Shown here piece by piece: positions 26,184 to 39,984 of a DNA stretch of 64,000 nucleotides. Location: positions 110,019,908 through 110,083,907 of the forward strand of contig NC_068986.1 in assembly GCF_001194135.2 (NCBI RefSeq), in the 5' to 3' direction. The notes below the pieces were generated by a model, which was given only the letters and a program-made list of their open reading frames with translations, had not been told where the DNA came from and did not search any database. The stretch's first letter is position 1, and every line of letters begins with the position of its first letter. Source of the stretch: Octopus bimaculoides (Eukaryota). The position numbers were made by a program, and so were the translations under genes.

Positions 26184-27494
26184 CATGCATGTATGCATAT
26201 ATATATATATATNNNNNNNNNNNNNNNNNNNNNNNNNNNNNNNNNNNNNNNNNNNNNNNNNNNNNNNNNNNNNNNNNNNNNNNNNNNNNNNNNNNNNNNN
26301 NNNNNNNNNNNNNNNNNNNNNNNNNNNNNNNNNNNNNNNNNNNNNNNNNNNNNNNNNNNNNNNNNNNNNNNNNNNNNNNNNNNNNNNNTATATATATATA
26401 TACTTATAAATATATACGCAATTATATGTATGCGTATACGTACATATGTATGTATACGTGACATGTATATGAGTATGAATACAGTTATATACAGGCATGT
26501 ATAAAGCTATGATATTATATATATATATCTGATGTAATGATATATATTATATTTGATATTATGACATATCTATGTTGGAATATGTGTGTGTTTGTGTGCG
26601 TGTATACGTGTGCGTGTGTATACGTGTGAACGAGTGAGAGATAGGATTGAAGCGCTCGTAAGGCGACATTCAAATTTTTCTTCTGTGAAAATATTTCTGT
26701 TATCTTTACAGTTCACTCGCCAATATTAATGAAAGAAGTAGGACAGTAGTGATAGCTGAGGTTGTAAAGCGCCGTACTAAATACGTTTCTCTATATACAA
26801 TCATCTGTGTTCTGAGTACAAATCATATAAGTCTTCAAATTTATCCTCTTTTTCATTTAGTAATACTCAAGGTTGGTTCAGACAACTGCATCTCCGTATA
26901 ATTTCCTCTTGTGAGTGTCTTCCCTATAGGAAATTGTTTTGTTGTTGAACCTCACTTAAACCCTTATAGTGCGTTCCAATTGCTGGTCCTCATCCGTTTT
27001 TTCAGGTATGATGTGTTTAGCGCTACAATGTATAACTTATCATTCCTTGATTAAAACGGCGGAAATTTGAGGGAGATTTGTTTACTATTTCTAGTAGCTT
27101 AAATAACCACGTAAATGTCTCGCCAAGGTTTCTTGCTCTGTGTTAGTTGACTTCGTAAGTGTATTCTTCTTCTATATGAGTCTGACCCGAAACTGTAACC
27201 CTTCCTCCGTGACTATTGGATATAATTCTTCCCTATCTAAGTTGATTCTGTAATTCTACTTAAGTTGGTCATGTGACTCTAATCGTCTCCTGAATATGCT
27301 TGACTCTGTGTATGAGCCTCCTTTTATTTCAGACGATATATTTTCAAAACTACCTTTCTGAATACAGAGATTAGATTTAACCAGTTCAGCTTCTAACATC
27401 AGTAACTGTTTGACAACAATATTAAACCTGGAGACAATAATCTCTAAGTGTCAAACCTGATGAGTAATGAAATTGGTTTCAAATTTTGGCTGAA

Positions 27495-27665
27495 GGTCAG
27501 CAATTTCAGTGGAGTGGATAAGTCGATTACATAGACACCCGCCCCTCCAGTCGTACATACTTTATCGATCCCGAAAAGAATGAAAAACAAAGTCAACTTC
27601 GGTGGAATTCGAACTCAGAACATAAAGACGGACAAAATGTCGCTAACGATTCTGCCAGCTCGCCC
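27495..27665 (-). mobile_element. SINE family B
   Basis: Plus strand tactttatcgatcccgaaaagaatgaaaaacaaagtcaacttcggtggaattcgaactcagaac...cgattctgccagctcgcc. Confidence 0.85.
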
Positions 27666-28399
27666 TCTTGATCAAATTAATGATATCCCAAACAATGATA
27701 TCATGGTTAGAATTAAAGTACAATTATGCTCATCTTGGTTTCAGGTGCCAGAAGTAGATGTTTTACTTCACGTGCGAAATGAAAATCTTTAGTAAAGGTG
27801 CAAACGTTGTAAGTCACATTTTTGCCCTTCCTCTAAGTCAATAGGTTTTCTGATGCCCCATTAGTGAATACCTTTCACGTTGAAAAATGTTAACCAAATG
27901 ACTCTCCTTTTCACGATGTAGTTTAATGAAGTTTGAGGCATTATGTGACTCTAAAGAAGAAAGTCAGTTGACAATGTTTATTTAAAACAGATCCTCAGTT
28001 ATGAATATGTGGTGACCTTGAAGATTGTCGTTCATGTTTAGAATGTGTGAAATTGTTGCTTGATAAGTATTGGGATGAGCGAGTATGTCTTAATGCTGTT
28101 GAAGAAGACAAGATTTGCATAATTATGTTAGAGAGGATGTTTTCAAGGTTTATTTCCTTGGAGCAAGTGTAAATATATGTTGGGAGCTGTGTAGTAAGTT
28201 GAAGCTGCAGTATGATGCCAGAAATGCCGTGAATTAATTCTTAGTATTTTTGGTCATAGTTCCACCTGCTGCTGCTGCGCGTTGAGCATCAGGCAACGAA
28301 ACATCTTCCTTGTGTATTAAGTAAGTCCTCTCAATATTATTGTCTTTACTCCTGTGATTCTAAGGCCAGGTTTCTTTGGCGTAGAAGTGACTGAAATCA

Positions 28400-28525
28400 C
28401 AATATTCCCATTAAAGGGTCACTCATTTACACGTGAAGTGCTTTGCTGACGAACACAACACATCACACAGTCTGGGAATCGAAACTACGATCTTGCGACC
28501 CTACCCGCTTGGCCACGCACCTTCA
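28400..28525 (-). mobile_element. SINE family C head
   Basis: Minus strand tgaaggtgcgtggcc...gtttcgattcccag; same head at 53410-53660 and 56985-57085. Confidence 0.6.
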
Positions 28526-28842
28526 ATTCAACCAACCATTATAGTTGCACTTCTGTTGCATCATACTTTGCTGGTTTGTAGTCTGTTTTACATTTCTGTA
28601 GACTTAACTCTTTCAGTTTCTGCTGACATTCGTAAATCATATTTTCTAAATCGTTGCATTGAGGCGGGGCTTTTTACTTCTGACAAAATGATAGGCACGC
28701 CATTGTGATAAACAAGGTGCATTTTCTATTCAGACCTTGCAGAACCCATCTCTCTCCAGTTCTGAACGTAGCCAGATTCTTCTTCTTCTTCTTCTTCTTC
28801 TTCTTCTTCTCCTCCTCCTCCTCTTTATAAGAAGAAGAAATG

Positions 28843-29003
28843 ATCTTAGTACCGGCTCTTTATTTATCGACCCTGTTTATCTTTATCGGAATGATTAAAT
28901 ACAAAGCAGACTTCAGCGTAGTTTGAACTCAAAACGCGGAGAATCGAAACGAATGCCGTAAGACATTCTATCCAACGCTCTAAAGACTGCCAAGCCACTG
29001 CCT
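28843..29003 (-). mobile_element. SINE family B, diverged
   Basis: tttatttatcgaccc...gcagacttcagcgtagtttgaactcaaaacg. Confidence 0.65.
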
Positions 29004-29830
29004 TTTCGTTTATCTAAGTCGACTCTGATCGTCCTATTATATTACTCGCCAGTCACTACATTATTTGCTCTCATTTCATCACTATTGTGTTACCACTATA
29101 CTGTTGTGCTGTACTCTATATTTCTGCAGTATTCTGTTTTACTGAGTTGTACTGTAGTATTTACTTTGTTATTTATATTTTTTATATTTTCTTGCTTGGA
29201 TAACGTCACTAAATTGTTTTAGTATATCTTATAATTTTAGGCTATTCCTTTGTGACTGAATCTCGGGTTTGCTTGTCGCCGTAGTTAGCAAGTCCATTTA
29301 ATATCAATATTTAACGGGCTTAGTGTGCAGCAAAAGAGCCTTTTATGAAGCTATTTATTAAATAGATAAAAAAAAAAAGTATCGGATAACGCTGTGGGGA
29401 GTGGAAAATCCAAAGTTTTGGACTGAAGAGCCCTCTTTGAGAGAAAGGTTGACAACAGAGAAATTAAGGAGAGGCATCAGAGTTTGACGTTCTAAGTTTA
29501 AAAAAAAAAGGCCTGGGTTCGTTCGTCTATAACTCGTTTGTTTGTGTTGTTTGACTTCGATGTTTATGGCCAGATTTTGCTTCGTTCTGTAGTTTCGATG
29601 TGTTAAATAGCGCTGCTGAATTTGTTCTGCATTTATTTCTCGATTTCAAGTGTTTTGGGAAACTTGCTCTGTTTATCATACTTAAATTAAACTACATAGT
29701 ATATTGGACATTGCAAATATTTTCAAATTCATGTTCGTTTTTATTTTCTTGAGAGGTGACGGAGACAGAGTGATTGTCGGGAGCGAATATCGAGTAAAAA
29801 GCATGTGATAAAATATTATAGGTAAAACCA

Positions 29831-29925
29831 ACATAGGCGCAGGCATTGTTGTTTGGTCGAGTATTTTTATATGCAACCAGGTAGCTTCGAGTTCGTCCCG
29901 AAAGTGCAACATTTGGAAATCAGCA
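29831..29925 (+). mobile_element. Degenerate SINE family A head
   Basis: ataggcgcaggc...caaccaggtagcttcgagttcgtccc. Confidence 0.4.
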
Positions 29926-31663
29926 GGACGACTGTCCCAGAATCGCTGCACTACTGAATCGAGTGTGTTATGGTCACATTCGTTGCAATGGAGCTGTTAT
30001 TCTGAGACGAAGCACAACAGCGATTAGCCTATTCACGTTCAAATTTTCCGAAACGTATGAAGAATAGATATGCAAGCCATCGTTTTAGTCACGCGGTTCA
30101 CCGTGCCTTTGACGGTTTATTACGTGTACACACACACATATGCATACACACATACACTCGCACAAATACTTGCATTCACTGAAATTCATCAGCACAATCA
30201 TCAGAACAGTATTTTTTGGAAACCAATAAGCAGATAAATGTATTCGGGCGAAAGTGTGTGTGTGTAGACATCTACGCGCACAAACACTTGCGTGCGCACG
30301 CATTTTTCTGTTTACTGGTTTCCAGCAGATATTGTCCTCATGATTGTGGCGATGAATTTCAATGAATGCAAGTATCCGTATGGATATGTGGTGCTTTAAC
30401 GTGTATGCGTGTATGTGTTACATATGTGTATTTATCTTTGTGCACGTAGTTGTATGCAGAGCTAATCCGTATGCATGTTTGCTTCTATTACCAATATCTT
30501 TCTCTTCATATATCTGAGCCCGTGTGCGCGCTTGTGTGTTATTTGTGTACTAACTATTACACACATACACGTATGTTTGTATNNNNNNNNNNNNNNNNNN
30601 NNNNNNNNNNNNNNNNNNNNNNNNNNNNNNNNNNNNNNNNNNNNNNNNNNNNNNNNNNNNNNNNNNNNNNNNNNNNNNNNNNNNNNNNNNNNNNNNNNNN
30701 NNNNNNNNNNNNNNNNNNNNNNNNNNNNNNNNNNNNNNNNNNNNNNNNNNNNNNNNNNNNNNNNNNNNNNNNNNNNNNNNNNNNNNNNNNNNNNNNNNNN
30801 NNNNNNNNNNNNNNNNNNNNNNNNNNNNNNNNNNNNNNNNNNNNNNNNNNNNNNNNNNNNNNNNNNNNNNNNNNNNNNNNNNNNNNNNNNNNNNNNNNNN
30901 NNNNNNNNNNNNNNNNNNNNNNNNNNNNNNNNNNNNNNNNNNNNNNNNNNNNNNNNNNNNNNNNNNNNNNNNNNNNNNNNNNNNNNNNNNNNNNNNNNNN
31001 NNNNNNNNNNNNNNNNNNNNNNNNNNNNNNNNNNNNNNNNNNNNNNNNNNNNNNNNNNNNNNNNNNNNNNNNNNNNNNNNNNNNNNNNNNNNNNNNNNNN
31101 NNNNNNNNNNNNNATATATGTATATATATACACACATAGACACACGTGCGCGTGTCTATCTGCTTAACCAATCAATGGTCTTTTGTGCGTAGATGTTAGA
31201 AATAAAGTTACAGTGATATTTTGCAAAGCTAAGGTTTTTGCCTTAAAAAGCAAACGCTCTGTGTTTGAATCTTGCATCGTCGTTATTGACAATTACTATT
31301 TCTGTTGAGCGAAGTTGCTTAGCAAAGTGGAATAATATAATTACTGCCATGTCTCGATAGTTACAGATGGGGTTCGTGCTAGTGATTGTGATGGCGGTGG
31401 TGGCAGCAGTGGTTGAGGTGGCGATGTCTCTGGTGGTGATGTTGGTGGCGGTGGTAAGAGGGGTTGTGTCGTTGACTGTGCTGGCAATGTGATGGTGGTC
31501 GGGTAGAAGCAAGGAAGAGGCTTTGAGACTGCAGATAATAAAGGATAAATAGTTGTATATCAAAATGCGTATATATAAACGTACATATGTAAGTAACTGT
31601 GTATATATGTATGCACGCATGTACATTTCTATGTATTCGTGAATTCGTATACATATGCATATG

Positions 31664-31694
<31 letters not shown>

Positions 31695-31716
31695 ACATAT
31701 GTATGCATATTTATAA

Positions 31717-31762
<46 letters not shown>

Positions 31763-33729
31763 AAAACTATGTGCATGTATGTGTAAATATATACACAAAT
31801 AATATATATACATATATATATATTTGTAGATGAATACAAACACAAACACATACACAAACTTTGACGGTCTTATATACACACATATATATTTATGCGTGTA
31901 TTTTGATGATATTGTGCTATGTCAAAATAAAAGAAATAAATAGAGCGAGAAATTAGAGAGAAAGAGAAAAAGGGAGAGAGAGGTATGTCTAAACCGAGAA
32001 AGAGAATACTTTTATGGAAAATGGCGATGGGTAAAGGAAGGTGAATAATAGCAGCCAGAAGATTGTTGAAAACGAAAGTGAAAGTAAATGATGAGATAAG
32101 ATTGTACAAAAACTAGATTGAGAGTGTCTGGAGAGAATAAAGAGCGATGGGTTACCTAAAGGGAAATATGCTAAGACGAATCTGTATATGATGTCGCTCG
32201 ATATAGTTTCAGATGGCTAAATTATAGAGTGAATATAGAAGATTTATTAGTTATAATTATAGAATATCGCCAAATATGGGTTACTATTCAAATATGGGAT
32301 GAATCAACCACGAGAAAACTAATCTAGTTAGGAGAGAGCAGACTTGTTCCTTACAAAGTAGAATATTTCTTTATATATTACAATCGAGAGAGAAAGAAAA
32401 GTATGAACAAAACGTTTGATATTTGTCGTTTTTTATTTTTAAGCTGTTATCATGCTTTTTTTTTAGGAGAAAATAAAATTAGGAATATATCATATTTCTA
32501 TATTTCTATATGTATTACGAGTACAACAATGCATGTTTGCCATTTACACACGCACATAATTCATACACACACACACACATACATACATTCTTAAGAGAAG
32601 TCGACTTTCATATATTTGCCGGCTCTTTTCAATGACAATAAACGAAAATAAGTTTTAGAGCATCTTTGTATTAATCAGTAGGTTAGGATTTTAAGCAACG
32701 TTTTCTAAAACGAAGCAGATTATGTGTCGTTTTTCCTGAGGTCGTCTTATCACAAAGATCGTTACGGCTGCTACAATTCTGAGCAAGAAGAAAACAGGGA
32801 AGTCTTGTCAATAATAGAAACGAAATAAGTTTTGAAACCACATTGCTTAAATGAATAGGCATGTGTGTGTGTGTGCGTGTGTGTATGCGTGCACGCACGG
32901 TAGTGTGTGTATGAATGAGAGAGAGAGATAGGATCCTTGAAGGTATAATAGTGTCTACATTAGGAGCAACTATCACAACCTAGAGATTTAAACAACCTCT
33001 TTTAGATTAAGCAGATTTTATGCAGTTGTCCGGAGGTCTTGTCACCAATAAGATTAACAGCCAATTCTAGAGCAATTCTGTAAAGAAACTTAAATGCAAA
33101 AGTAATTCTTGCCTCTGTACATGTTCAAGATAAAATACATTTGAGATAACATATCACACAATATTTCTTATCTTCAAACTTAAAGGTCTTGAAAATTGTC
33201 ACTGTATTGTCGTAAAGAGTGAGAAACATGGAAGGACGAGTGTACGGGGTATCAGAAAACCAGACTATGTCTCAGTCGTCTGTATCTAGAGTTTTGTAAA
33301 TCTACAACCAAGACACATAATTCTTAACGGTTTACAAAAAATATATTACAAGAATATAAGGATCCTTATTGCAAAGAAAGTTACAACATTGTAAGAGACG
33401 AAAAGTTGTTCACAAGGAACGATAACATTAACATATCCTGTTGGTTTGCGCCGGGTTACAAGGAGACTAAGATCCATACTTACGATTGTATGACTATGAC
33501 GCTAGCTTGAACAGCACAAGCGAAAACCACGACAGTAGATGGCGCTTCAATAAAGTTGCATAGGCTACTAAACAGAATACAGTACCTGGATGCAGATGTA
33601 GTTACAAGTTGTTTATGCAGCAGAAACGTGCGTTGGATACATTTAAATCAAATATTGTGTATGATTGAATGTAGAAATAGAAAAAAAAAACGCAGATGTA
33701 TTCATCTCGATATTCATTGTAATTGTCTT

Positions 33730-34031
<302 letters not shown>

Positions 34032-34509
34032 TTAGGGAAAAGAACCAAAGTTCATGAACTCATCGATGAAAATCCACTGTCACATATAGAAAAATTAATA
34101 TGTAAAAGCACAATAAATAAGTATAATATAATACAAAGTAAATATAAGATAATGATAATACAACGACTACACGTGTTTCATAACCGAAGTTTCAAATAGA
34201 AAAAAATATTTAAATCGATTAATACTATTGAAAATCAATTCTATTCAAAAATATAGCTAATCTTCAGGTCAAAATACAACAACAATAATAATAATAATAA
34301 TAATAAAAGAATGTATATATCAACCAACAATAAATAACAAATGAATGTATATAAAATACTTATTATATTAAGATAGAAAAATATTATTAAAAATACCAAA
34401 CTTATAAACGTTCCATAATTAACTTTACTTTTATTATAATATAATCTAACAGGAATATTATATGCAAAAAACTAATTTTGAAATTTTTATAATTTTGATA
34501 ATTTTGCAA

Positions 34510-35100
34510 CTGGGGGACTTCATAGAAAGTTAAAGAAAGGCATAATATATCCTACCCATAAAGGGGTTGGCAGAGCGGATCCTAAAAAATGTAGATCTGT
34601 CTCTCTCTCAACTCCGATGTCAGCAAAGTCATGGAATGCAGTGGCAAGAGGAGACTGATCGCGTTCCTCGAAGATAATGGCTTAATCCCTGACACCCAAC
34701 ATGGTTTACACTCCGGAAGAAACTGCCTTACACAGCTTTTGCAGCCTTATATCTGGGTATTGAAACAACTAATGAATCGCTCAAACGAGGATAAGATATA
34801 TCTTGACTCAGTAAATGTCTTTGAGAAGGGCGATTAGGGGATTAAATGTCACAAGCAACGAAAACTCGATATAGCAGGAACACTGGAAGAGCGGGTACAT
34901 GCCTTCTTAAAATACAGAAGCCAGGCAGTGGCAGCAATGGGTCCCTCTCCAAGGAGACCATAACAGAAAGTGGAGTACATTATTTACATTATTTACATTT
35001 GACGGATATTTTTCCTCATCTTGTTTGTTGTTAACACAACGTTTCGGCTGATATGCCCTCCAGCCTTCATCAAGATTCTGAGTTCGAGTCCAAGCAATGA

Positions 35101-35157
<57 letters not shown>

Positions 35158-36385
35158 CAACATCGAAAAATACCGTAAGAATGAGAACCCAGGCTGGAAA
35201 TTTTCCCAAGACACCTGCTGAAAGCTAGAGGGTATATCAGCTGAAACGTTGTGGTAACAAGAAACAAGAAGAGGACAAATATCCGTCAAATGTAAATAAT
35301 GTACATAATTTCCCATCTTTAAATATAGAACTGTAGGGAGTGGAGTGCCTCAAAGAAATGTATTGGTGCCGCAACTGTTCATGGTGGATCTCTCGGCCAT
35401 GCCATCAGTTGTGCAGCGAGCCAAACTTACTAGCTATGCCGACGACACAAAATGTAATACAAGCAGCCCAGAAACCTTCCGATCTTAATCTACAGGAAGA
35501 CCTAAATGCCATACGTAAATGTGCTGGAGAAAATAAGATGCAATCTAATGCGAGTAAATTCCAAGCCTCCCGCTATCAGTTAGCCACTGCTCACATGCCA
35601 CAACACTTTGGACAAAAACGATAGGCATAGTGAAGTACAGCGTGTAATCTGGTGATTGATATGAATAACAAAGCTTTGTTTCACGCACACATCACCAAGA
35701 TGGTGCCAAAGTGCAAACGAATGGCCGGCTCGATTCTGAGAACTTTTCGAACAAGTGACCAGGAAACTATACTGGTTCTACGAAGGACATTTGTATTCAA
35801 CTGTCTGGACTACTGTTCTCAAATGTGGCCACCCCACAGTGTCAAATTGATAGCTGAACTTGAAGCCAGGAAAATAGCATCAATAGAACTGCTGAGTTAC
35901 AGGGAAAGATTGAAAGAGCAACGACTGAACTCCCTGGAGAGAAGACAGGAGAAGTATGCAGTTATATACGTTTGGAATACACGCAATGGTATACGGCTGG
36001 AGAGGTTGGCACCAAACATTGGCATTAAGAGCTATATTGACCCCCGAACTGGACTTCACTGCTCTCTTCCAAAGGTCCTATGTATCCCGTATGGAATAAG
36101 GACCACGTAGTGCAGTATCTTGAGATTCAAGGGCCCACAGCTTTTTAATGTCTTGCCAAAATAACTCAGGGATCCTCATGGAGGATGGGATAGACGCTTT
36201 CAAGAAATAACTTCATCTGCTGACCAAGGTCCCAGATAAACCTACATTACAGCATGAAACTCAAAAAAAGGACATCTCTGAAGAACTTCCTCCTTCACCA
36301 ATCGCATATAAATGGCCACTGAAAAGGTGATCGCACTGGCGGTGCTCCAGTATCGCCACAGCTATTTGACTGAAGCATATAGGAG
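34510..36385 (+). mobile_element. CR1-like (Jockey group) LINE, 5'-truncated and decayed, RT interrupted by an insertion
   Basis: KKGIIYP.HK, QHGLHSGRNCLTQLL, ESGVPQ (split by the insertion), SYADDTK, LDYCSQMWPP, YRERLK..RLNSLERR. Confidence 0.9.
34977..35338. mobile_element. 362-bp palindromic non-autonomous insertion with hammerhead-like motifs and an 8-bp target duplication
   Basis: Flanked by AGTGGAGT at 34969-34976 and 35339-35346; inverted arms of about 88 bp at 34985-35072 and 35216-35303; central (AAT)n. Confidence 0.85.
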
Positions 36386-37484
36386 AATATATNNNNNNNN
36401 NNNNNNNNNNNNNNNNNNNNNNNNNNNNNNNNNNNNNNNNNNNNNNNNNNNNNNNNNNNNNNNNNNNNNNNNNNNNNNNNNNNNNNNNNNNNNNNNNNNN
36501 NNNNNNNNNNNNNNNNNNNNNNNNNNNNNNNNNNNNNNNNNNNNNNNNNNNNNNNNNNNNNNNNNNNNNNNNNNNNNNNNNNNNNNNNNNNNNNNNNNNN
36601 NNNNNNNNNNNNNNNNNNNNNNNNNNNNNNNNNNNNNNNNNNNNNNNNNNNNNNNNNNNNNNNNNNNNNNNNNNNNNNNNNNNNNNNNNNNNNNNNNNNN
36701 NNNNNNNNNNNNNNNNNNNNNNNNNNNNNNNNNNNNNNNNNNNNNNNNNNNNNNNNNNNNNNNNNNNNNNNNNNNNNNNNNNNNNNNNNNNNNNNNNNNN
36801 NNNNNNNNNNNNNNNNNNNNNNNNNNNNNNNNNNNNNNNNNNNNNNNNNNNNNNNNNNNNNNNNNNNNNNNNNNNNNNNNNNNNNNNNNNNNNNNNNNNN
36901 NNNNNNNNNNNNNNNNGCCATCTTGGTCACCACCACCGACAACAGCGACATAAATAAGAAATACCAATAATATCGCTATTGTATATATAAGAACAATAAC
37001 AGTAATAGCAACAACATCAACAATGATAGCATTAGCGACAATATCTACAATTCTTTGCATAATTGAGCAATTCTTTTTAATAATGGATTCCATCTTCGAT
37101 AGCAACGTCAGCAGCACCATAACTGCCACCACTACCCCCCNNNNNNNNNNACCAGTGTCATGATCATCATCAACGTTATGAATAACAGTACTATGAAGAA
37201 TTAGAAAACCAAAAGAGAGAAAAAAAAAATCACACAAGAGAAACGACTTTCAAAATCCGAATATTTTTTTTTTGTTAAAAACTGTAAAACGGAAACAGAG
37301 AGGAGAAGGAAGCAGAGGACTCATGCACTAACGCATGCGTACAATTTATATGCACACATGTCTCAACACCATACATACACTCACATCAATACTCATATGT
37401 GCACATACACACATGTAACAACACGCATGCGCACATGTATATGGCCCTTCAAACGTTACATATATAGAAATACACGTATATAAT

Positions 37485-37700
37485 GTTCACTCCGTCGGTT
37501 ACGACGACGAATTTAGTTCATGCAATCAACTGGGCAGTCGACTCCTGAAAGTAACGTGTGGGTGGTTGAGAACTCCACAGACATGCGTACCCTTAACGTA
37601 ATTCCCAAGGAAATTCAGCGTAACACACAATGTGACAAGGCTTGGTTCCTTTGAATTACAGGTATTATTCATCTTTTCCTCCTGAGTAGACTGGAATTTA
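37485..37700 (-). mobile_element. SINE family D
   Basis: cactccgtcggttacgacgacg...gtacccttaacgta...gtgacaaggct is the reverse complement of the 10981-11280 family. Confidence 0.7.
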
Positions 37701-38230
37701 TGAAATGGAGTATGCTACCCAAGACACAACGCGCTTTTCAGGGTCGATAAATAAAGTACCTGTCAATAACAATGCATTGGTGTATTTACTAGGGCGTCTG
37801 ATTGGATTCTTGCCGGAGTTGCTTCGGACACTTGCATTTGGGCTCAAATTCTATCTAAGAATTTGGACCCCACCGATATCAACGGCCCTCATGCAAAGAG
37901 GAAAGGTATCAACACAGACAAGATTATAAATGATATAGCCGGCACCTATGTCTCTCTACTCGGGCAGTTCTACGGTGATCTCAACCCAGCTTTGCTATGA
38001 ATACCGAAATACTGGAGACAACAGGTAACCACTGACCATACAACCGATACCGGCGCCGATGACAATCACGTATTCTCTGTCATATAATATGGTAAAGTTA
38101 ACCGTACCCTTGTACGACGTCTTGTTAAACACCGATCTTTTTCTTAAGGAGTAGCTGCTGTGTGACCCAGCAGCAGCAACTGAGGGTACAGCAGCAACAA
38201 CAGAGTACTCAGCAGTAATGGAGAATAGAG

Positions 38231-38327
38231 CAGCAGCAACGGAGGTACAACTGCAGCAACGGAGGTACAACTGCAGTAACGGAGGTACAACAGCAGCAAC
38301 GGAGGTACAACTGCAGCAATGGAGTAC
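38231..38327. repeat. 20-bp minisatellite C(A/T)GCAGCAACGGAGGTACAA, 4 full copies plus a partial, within a degenerate CAG-rich tract (38150-38420)
   Basis: Units at 38231, 38251, 38271 and 38291. Confidence 0.9.
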
Positions 38328-39424
38328 GCAGCAGCAGAAATGAAGGACTTAACAGCAGCTATGGAGTACAAAGTAACAGGAATGAGATACACAGCAGCAG
38401 CAACGGAGGACACACTGCAGCACGTCTTCTTCTCCTGTTATTCACATAGACGACACATGAATCTTTTAATAGCATTAACACATTTCAATGTTGTAGCAAT
38501 TTCTTTTTCATTCATTTACTACGCGTTTGTCCTATGTTCTAAGCAATGGTCTATCTCGAATATTACACTCTCTTATTTTTGATAAATAAGTGTTTGCTTC
38601 CCTTCTCCATTTTACGAAACATTTTTCTACAGTCACCTAATACGTTCTGGTGGGGTCAGTTATCATAAGGAGATTAACCATTTACAGAAGAATCTTGTCG
38701 GGATTAGCAATTGGAATTTTAAATCACAGAACGAAGAAGATGCTCAGAATATACACATTTCATTTTATTTTCATTTGTTTTACTCATTATAAATGTCTTA
38801 AAATTTCTAGTCATAGGTAAACACGTATAGCACCATTTCATTCTTTCTTGAAATCGCCAGCATGGCATAAAGCAAAAACACATTAAACTAAATTAAACAT
38901 TTATTGAAGGAAGTCATTTCTTACAGATGGAAACTATTTACAGTTTAGGAAATACCTGTAGAGTGATTTTCTTATATTTTTCCACCTTTGTCTTCATAGA
39001 TTGTCAATATTTGATACTTAATAGTTCTCTACTGTTTTTGCCAGGTATAAAGTCAGTTATTCACGATATGGTGAATCTAACAACAAACCAATAATACCCA
39101 GCTTTTTCTTGAGGCGCCGAGCGTGGCCACTATTGTGCCTCACATGACTCACTGAGACCGTCCTATTTTAGGCCTACTTTTTAAATATGTCTCTCTCAAG
39201 ACACCATTAATTAAAAAAAGAAAGAAATGGATCGATGCTGTCAACTTAGAACGGGGAATAAACTCAGATTTAAGCATTTGGCACAGCTGAGTGCACATTC
39301 AGCCTGTTTTGGCGATAGAATCAAGTAGAAGGTTCGCCGTCGTAAATGACGGAGTACACGTTAGATACAGCACATACACATCTATATTAAATATTTATAT
39401 TAACAAGGCAGATATATCTTTTAT

Positions 39425-39735
39425 CTTTTACTCTTTTTTCAGTCGTTACATTGCAGCCATGCTGCGACAACATCTTGAAGGAATTTTGTAGAATAAATCC
39501 ACTCTACTAGCTATTCTTTCACTAAAACTGGTACTTATTCTATCGGTGCATTTGAAGAACCGCTAAGATACGAGGACATAAATAGGCCAACACCGGTTGT
39601 TAAGTTGTGGCGGAGGACAAACACAGTCTTTCTTTCACAAGGCTTTGGCCAACCCGAGGCTATAGTAAAATAAACTTGCCCATCACGTCACCCGAAACCA
39701 TGTAGTGGGAAGGAAGCTTCTTAGTACACATATGG
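39425..39735 (-). mobile_element. SINE family A, internally deleted
   Basis: ggtacttattctatcgg...gaaccgctaag...cacaaggctttggccaacccgaggctatag. Confidence 0.8.
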
Positions 39736-39915
39736 AAAAAAAGTTTCAGTCATTGAGACTTTTTCAACTGTAAGTGTGGAAAACAATTAAATTTTGTAAA
39801 AATTAAATGAAAAGTTTTTTTAAAGAATATTTGCATTGTATTCAAATACAAGGGGCATTTAGTTTCTGCTTGTCTCTGTCTCTCTTGTTTACTCTTGTGG
39901 GTTCGAGGTCGTTGT

Positions 39916-39984
<69 letters not shown>

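Noticed and set aside
26640-27480. Stop-riddled minus-strand frames suggestive of a decayed retroelement ORF1
   Set aside because: No diagnostic motif, so it cannot be classified from sequence alone.
28042-28082. Ankyrin-like CVKLLLD in a 41-nt AG/GT-bounded segment
   Set aside because: Lacks the preceding TPLH..A..G and following GA motifs; too short to support.
31940-32400. Purine-rich segment resembling a decayed LINE 3' region (also 11460-11640)
   Set aside because: No readable conserved domain.
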